From NCBI GenBank assembly GCA_963708945.1, contig CAVPUI010000011.1:87281-151280 (forward strand): a DNA stretch of 64,000 nt. Reading direction: 5' to 3'. A program made the translations under genes and the position numbers. Position 1 is the stretch's first letter. Each line of letters begins with the position of its first letter. The stretch is from an uncultured Actinomycetota bacterium. GTDB taxonomy: Bacteria > Actinomycetota > Actinomycetes > Propionibacteriales > Nocardioidaceae. Shown here one piece after another: positions 59,738 to 64,000 of the stretch. Below the pieces are notes generated by a model. The model saw only the letters and a program-made list of their open reading frames with translations. It was not told the DNA's origin and made no database searches.

Positions 59738-60474
59738 CCGACCTGCTGCGGGTCCGGGGGCTGCGCAAGAGCTACGGCGACAAGGTGGTGCTGCACGACA
59801 TCGACCTCGACGTCGCCGCCGGCGACGTGGTCTGCCTGATCGGCTCGTCCGGGTCGGGCAAGTCCACCCTGCTGCGCTGCCTGAACCTGCTCGAGGAGAT
59901 CGACGACGGGCTGGTCGAGCTCGACGGGGTGGACATCTCCGACCCGCGGGTCGACCGGCGGGCGGTGCGCTCCCGGATGGGGATGGTCTTCCAGGCCTAC
60001 AACCTGTTCCCGCACCTGAGCGTGCTCGACAACGTCACCCTGGCGCCCCGCAAGGTGCACGGGGTCGGCCGGCGGGAGGCCGAGGACCGGGCCCGGGAGC
60101 TGCTGAGGCGGTTCGGGCTCGGCGACAAGGCCGACGCCCACCCCGACCAGCTCTCCGGCGGACAGCAGCAGCGGGTCGCGCTGGTCCGGGCACTGGCCGC
60201 CGGCGCCCGAGCCTGCTCCTGCTCGACGAGATCACCGCCGCGCTGGACCCCGAGCTGGTCGGCGACGTGCTCGACGCGGTGCGCGCGCCTCGCGGAGGCC
60301 GGCACCACCTTGGTGCTGGCCACCCACGAGATGCGGTTCGCCCGCGACGTGGCCAGCCGCGTCTGCTTCCTCGACGACGGCCGGATCCTGGAGGCGGGGC
60401 CGCCCGAGGAGATCTTCACCGCGCCGCGCGAGGAGCGGACCCGGCAGTTCCTGCGTCGGGTGCTGGCGGACTGA
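59734..60474 (+). CDS. Amino acid ABC transporter ATP-binding protein (compensating frameshifts near 60200-60290)
   Basis: GSSGSGKS, MVFQAYNLFPH, LSGGQQQR, LLDEITAALD, THEM. Confidence 0.92.
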   Translation: MTDLLRVRGLRKSYGDKVVLHDIDLDVAAGDVVCLIGSSGSGKSTLLRCLNLLEEIDDGLVELDGVDISDPRVDRRAVRSRMGMVFQAYNLFPHLSVLDNVTLAPRKVHGVGRREAEDRARELLRRFGLGDKADAHPDQLSGGQQQRVALVRALAAGARACSCSTRSPPRWTPSWSATCSTRCARLAEAGTTLVLATHEMRFARDVASRVCFLDDGRILEAGPPEEIFTAPREERTRQFLRRVLAD

Positions 60475-60489
60475 GGGGGTCACGACGTA

Positions 60490-60527
60490 CGCCGCCCCCA
60501 CCCGGTCGGAACCGGGCGGGGGCGGCG
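60490..60527. terminator. Bidirectional terminator between convergent genes
   Basis: CGCCGCCCCCACCCGGT-CGGA-ACCGGGCGGGGGCGGCG. Confidence 0.7.
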
Positions 60528-60549
60528 GTGGTGCTGGGTCAGGCGCTGA

Positions 60550-62142
60550 CTAGCGCGTGACCTTCGGGGTGGCGGCGGTCTTCACCACGGCCCGGTCCAG
60601 ACCGGGCGCGGTGGCGACGACGCGCACGGAGATCCGCTTGCCGCGGAGCTTTCCGGTCACCTTGAGGGTCCGGCCCTCGGCGCCGGTCAGCTTCTTGCCG
60701 TTGACCAGCCACACGTAGCGCAGCTTCACGGTCTCGGTGCTCCACTGGCCGCGGGTGACCCGCAGGGTCTTGCCGACCTTCGCCTTGCCCTTGAGCTTCG
60801 GCTTCTTCGACACCGACACCTCGGTCTCGACCGGCACCGTCGGGGTGGGGGTCGCGGTCGGGGTGGGGGTCGGCGTGGCGGTCGGCACCGGCGCCGATTC
60901 GGCGGGGGTGAGCAGCTTGACGTCCTGAGCCACGCTCGTGTCGGCCTTGACCTTCACACTCGAGTGACCGGTGACGAACTTGCCCGAGGCGTCCTTGAAC
61001 TCCAGCTTGCAGGTCCCCGCCCGGAGCCGCCCGAGGGTGTAGGCACCCTCGGCGTCCGTGGTGGCGGTGGCCGCCGGGGAGCCGTCAGCGCCGTACGCGG
61101 TCACGGCGACGCCGGCGACCGGCTTGCCGGCGCTGTCGGAGACGGCGCCGGTGACGCTCGAGAACCAGTCCAGGTCGGCGTCCACCGAGACGGTTCCCTC
61201 CTTGCCGACGGTGATGTCCGTCGCCTTCTCCAGGGTCGGGGCGTTGGTGTGGAACTCGGGCACGAAGCGGCCCCACTTGTCGTTGAAGCCGACCCGGTAG
61301 GTGCCGGGAGCCAGGGTGTCGAAGCGGTAGGCGCCGCGGGCGCCCGTCGAGGCGGTGCGCGTCTCGCCCCACGTGCCTGCAGGACCCGGCGGTAGAGAGT
61401 CACCGTGACGTCGCCCGCGAACTCGCCGAGCTGGTCGCTCACCCGCCCGTTCACCACGGAGCCCATCGCGGGTCGGCGTCGACCTCGACCTCGCCGCCCT
61501 TGGTCAGGAGGACGTCCTCCGCCTCCTTGATCGAGGCGCCGCCGTGGAACGCCGGCAGGTGACCGTGGTCCTCGTCGACGAAGCCCACCCGGTACGCGCC
61601 GGCGGGATCTTCTTGGCAGAGTAGGTGCCGTCCGCTCCGGTCTTGGTCTCCCGGTGGAGGACCCATCGACCGCGGGAGGAACTCGTAGATGTTGACCTTC
61701 ACGCCCGCGAGCGCCGCGCCTCCGGCGCCGGTGACCGTGCCGTTGACGTCTCCGCCGACAGCCAGGGCCTCATCGATGCCCTCGACCGCTTCGCCGGCCA
61801 CCACGACCGGCTCGGCGCCCTGCAGGGTGGGAGAGTCCTTGTAGTACTCGGTCACGTAGGTGTTCCAGGCCGAGTAGGAGACGAAGTACGTCCCGAAGCG
61901 ACGTCCGGGAACTCGTAGTCCCCGTCGGCGTCGGTCGTGACCGAGGCGACCCTCGCGACCTGGCCCTGACGGTCCTCGGAGAGCAGCTGGACGTTGATGC
62001 CAACGATCCCGGTCTCGGTCGACTCGTCGATGACCGTGCCGCTGATGGAGCCGGGAGCCGCTGCGGACGCCAGCATCGGCATCGTCAGCGTGGCACCCAG
62101 GGCCAGGGTCAGCGAGGTCAGAGCGCCGATGCGCTTCTGCAT
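60550..62142 (-). CDS. Secreted protein with tandem carboxypeptidase-regulatory-like (Cna-B/Ig-like) repeats and Pro/Thr linker (frameshifted)
   Basis: Signal peptide MQKRIGAL...; repeated G-x-V-T/S...TDADG-x-Y units; PTATPTPTPT then KPKLKGKAKVGKTL tail. Confidence 0.75.
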
Positions 62143-62249
62143 GTAATTCCCCCAATGTTGTGCTGCCTATGTAGGGCCGTCACGCTAAGCAGGCGCTGGC
62201 GCGGCGTCAGGCAAACGCCGGAAAACGAAGTCGTCGGCGACGTCGCGGG

Positions 62250-63035
62250 TCAGACCAGCCTGCGGAACAGCGGCATCGGCGCGTGCCGGATCACCCGGGC
62301 CAGCACCTCCCACGGCAGTCCCGGCACGTGCGCGGTGGCACGCTCGGCCTCGATCGCGGCGACCATCGAGCGCACCCCGCGCTCGGTGGAGACCATCAGC
62401 GGGGGCGGGGTCGTGCCGGGGCCGGTGGGGTTCATCTCCGAGGCGATGTAGCCGGGGTAGAGCACCGAGATCTTGATCGGGCTGCCGTGCAGCTCGGCGC
62501 GCAGGCCCTCGGCCAGGTGGGCGACGGCGGCCTTGCTGGCGGCGTACGTCGTCATCGACTTCGGCATGCCGCGCACCGCCGAGACGCTGGAGACGATCAC
62601 CAGGTGGCCGCTGCCCTGGGCGCGGAAGACCTCCATCGCCGCCTCGACCTGGGCGAGCGCGCCGACGAAGTTGGTCATCGCCGTCTCGCGGTTGGCGTCG
62701 AACCGCCCGGTGCCGAGCGGGGCGCCCTTGCCGATGCCGGCGTTGACCACCACCCGGTCCAGGGTCAGGCCCTCGGCGGCGAAGTCGTCGCGGAACGCGC
62801 GGACCACCTGGAAGACCTGGTCGTGGTCGTTGACGTCGAGCGCCCGCAGGTGGACCGGGTGGCCGGGGCGGGCGGCCTGGATCTCCGTGCGCAGCTCCTC
62901 GAGCCGCTCGGTCCGCCGCGCGCCGAGCGCGAGCGGGTGCCCGAGGGCGGCGAGCTGGCGGGCCATCTCGGCGCCCAGCCCGCTGCTGGCGCCGGTGATC
63001 AGGGTGGTCCTCGGGATGGTGCTCGCCTGGGTCAT
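62250..63035 (-). CDS. Short-chain dehydrogenase/reductase
   Basis: ITGASSGLG, VNAG, YAASK. Confidence 0.92.
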   Translation of the reverse strand: MTQASTIPRTTLITGASSGLGAEMARQLAALGHPLALGARRTERLEELRTEIQAARPGHPVHLRALDVNDHDQVFQVVRAFRDDFAAEGLTLDRVVVNAGIGKGAPLGTGRFDANRETAMTNFVGALAQVEAAMEVFRAQGSGHLVIVSSVSAVRGMPKSMTTYAASKAAVAHLAEGLRAELHGSPIKISVLYPGYIASEMNPTGPGTTPPPLMVSTERGVRSMVAAIEAERATAHVPGLPWEVLARVIRHAPMPLFRRLV

Positions 63036-63103
63036 GGGCGCCAGTGTGACGCACAGCGCCCACCCCGGCCCGCCGAAGTGCCGGGCCGGGACGGGCGCGC
63101 AGC

Positions 63104-63583
63104 TCAGCGCAGGCGGTGGTGGATGTCCTCGCTCATCCGCACGATCGCGAAGTAGAGCTCCAACGTCATCCGGATCAGGCACAGGTAGAAGATCAGGACG
63201 ACCGGTCCCAGGACCAGCACGGCCAGGCCGGCACCGGCGCTCACGGTGAAGCTGGACAGCAGGAAGATGAGCCAGGCGATGACCATCAGCACGACCGCGA
63301 GGACGTAGACGACCTTGACCAGCTTGGGGGTGATGAAGCTGGTGAAGGAGAAGTCGAAGAGGCTGCCGAAGAACCCCTTGTCCGACGGGCCCTGCGGCAG
63401 GTTGGGGTCGCCGCCGTAGCCACCGCCGTACCCGCCCCCGCCGCCGCCGTACGGCGGGTAGCCCCCGCCCGCGCCGCCGCCGTACCCGCCCTGGCCGTAC
63501 GGCGTGGTGGGCTGGTCGCCGCCCTGGCCGTAGGGGTTCTCCTGGCCGTACGGGTTCTCCGGCGGGTTTCCGTAGTTCGACAT
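63104..63583 (-). CDS. DUF4282-like membrane protein with Gly/Tyr/Pro-rich N-terminus
   Basis: GFFGSLFDFSFTSFITPKLVKVVY; two TM segments; SD GAGGGAG. Confidence 0.8.
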   Translation of the reverse strand: MSNYGNPPENPYGQENPYGQGGDQPTTPYGQGGYGGGAGGGYPPYGGGGGGYGGGYGGDPNLPQGPSDKGFFGSLFDFSFTSFITPKLVKVVYVLAVVLMVIAWLIFLLSSFTVSAGAGLAVLVLGPVVLIFYLCLIRMTLELYFAIVRMSEDIHHRLR

Positions 63584-63772
63584 CGTTCTCCCTCGTCGTG
63601 GTCCGACCAGCGCACGCGTGCTGGTGCTGGGCTGGGCGCAGCCTAGGTCCCTCCTGCCCGCCGCCGACGGCCGCAAACCTGCGACTCGCCGGGGCGGCCG
63701 CCCTTCCGCTGTCGATGCATAGGGGCAGACATACGCAGTATGCGGCCCTTCCGGCGCGCCGGACGGGGAGGG

Positions 63773-64000
63773 ATGTCGGTCAAGCAGGCGCTCTTGGCGC
63801 TGCTCGAGCAGGGACCGAAGTACGGCTACCAGCTGCGCGCGGAGTTCGAGGAGCGCACCGGGCGACGTGGCCGCTCAACATCGGGCAGGTCTACACGACG
63901 CTGCGCCCGGCTGAGCGCGACCAGCTCGTCGAGAGCGACGGGGCCGCCGACGACGAGGGTCATGTCACCTACCGGATCACCGAGGCCGGCCGCGCGGAGG
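63773..64000 (+). CDS. PadR family regulator (partial, frameshifted)
   Basis: MSVKQALLALLEQGPKYGYQLRAEFE...WPLNIGQVYTTL; upstream palindrome CATAC-GCA-GTATG at 63730..63742. Confidence 0.85.
   Translation, partial: MSVKQALLALLEQGPKYGYQLRAEFEERTGRRGRSTSGRSTRRCARLSATSSSRATGPPTTRVMSPTGSPRPAARR

Noticed and set aside
60830-60890. Tandem repeats (also about 100-140 and 63410-63560) as CRISPR or VNTR
   Set aside because: They encode Pro/Thr linkers or Gly/Tyr/Pro low-complexity protein; there is no repeat-spacer structure and no cas gene.

Overview
High-GC actinobacterial chromosomal DNA; gene content and intergenic hairpins look Nocardioides-like (inference). The window holds about 55 genes and I see no rRNA, tRNA, CRISPR array or transposase. 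Many genes carry clustered 1-nt frameshifts that look like long-read indel errors. Housekeeping content includes a secreted amidase, yceI, a stand-alone glmS, gabD, ugd, fadH, an acyl-CoA racemase/CoA-transferase, an EthA-like monooxygenase, a DEAD-box helicase, fadA-fadB, ABC transporters and an SDR. The most notable items are: (1) a coupled operon of VanX-like dipeptidase, racemase, D-Ala-D-X ligase, Acyl_transf_3 membrane protein and a NarL-type two-component system, resembling a split-VanT peptidoglycan-remodelling cluster; (2) a type VII secretion-like effector cassette (WXG-like small protein, WXG-HEXXH metallopeptidase, DUF4919-like protein, WD40 lipoprotein); (3) an unannotated toxin C-terminal remnant with its CxxC/CPxC immunity-like gene; (4) a 23-aa leader ORF with its own SD directly upstream of glmS; (5) a MerR-type palindrome shared by two fatty-acid catabolic loci 20 kb apart; (6) a GH1 with a non-canonical acid/base motif ahead of a sulfotransferase-glycosyltransferase operon; (7) LexA-, GlnR-, CRP- and SigB/F-like sites. 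All family calls come from motif recognition by eye, not database searches.
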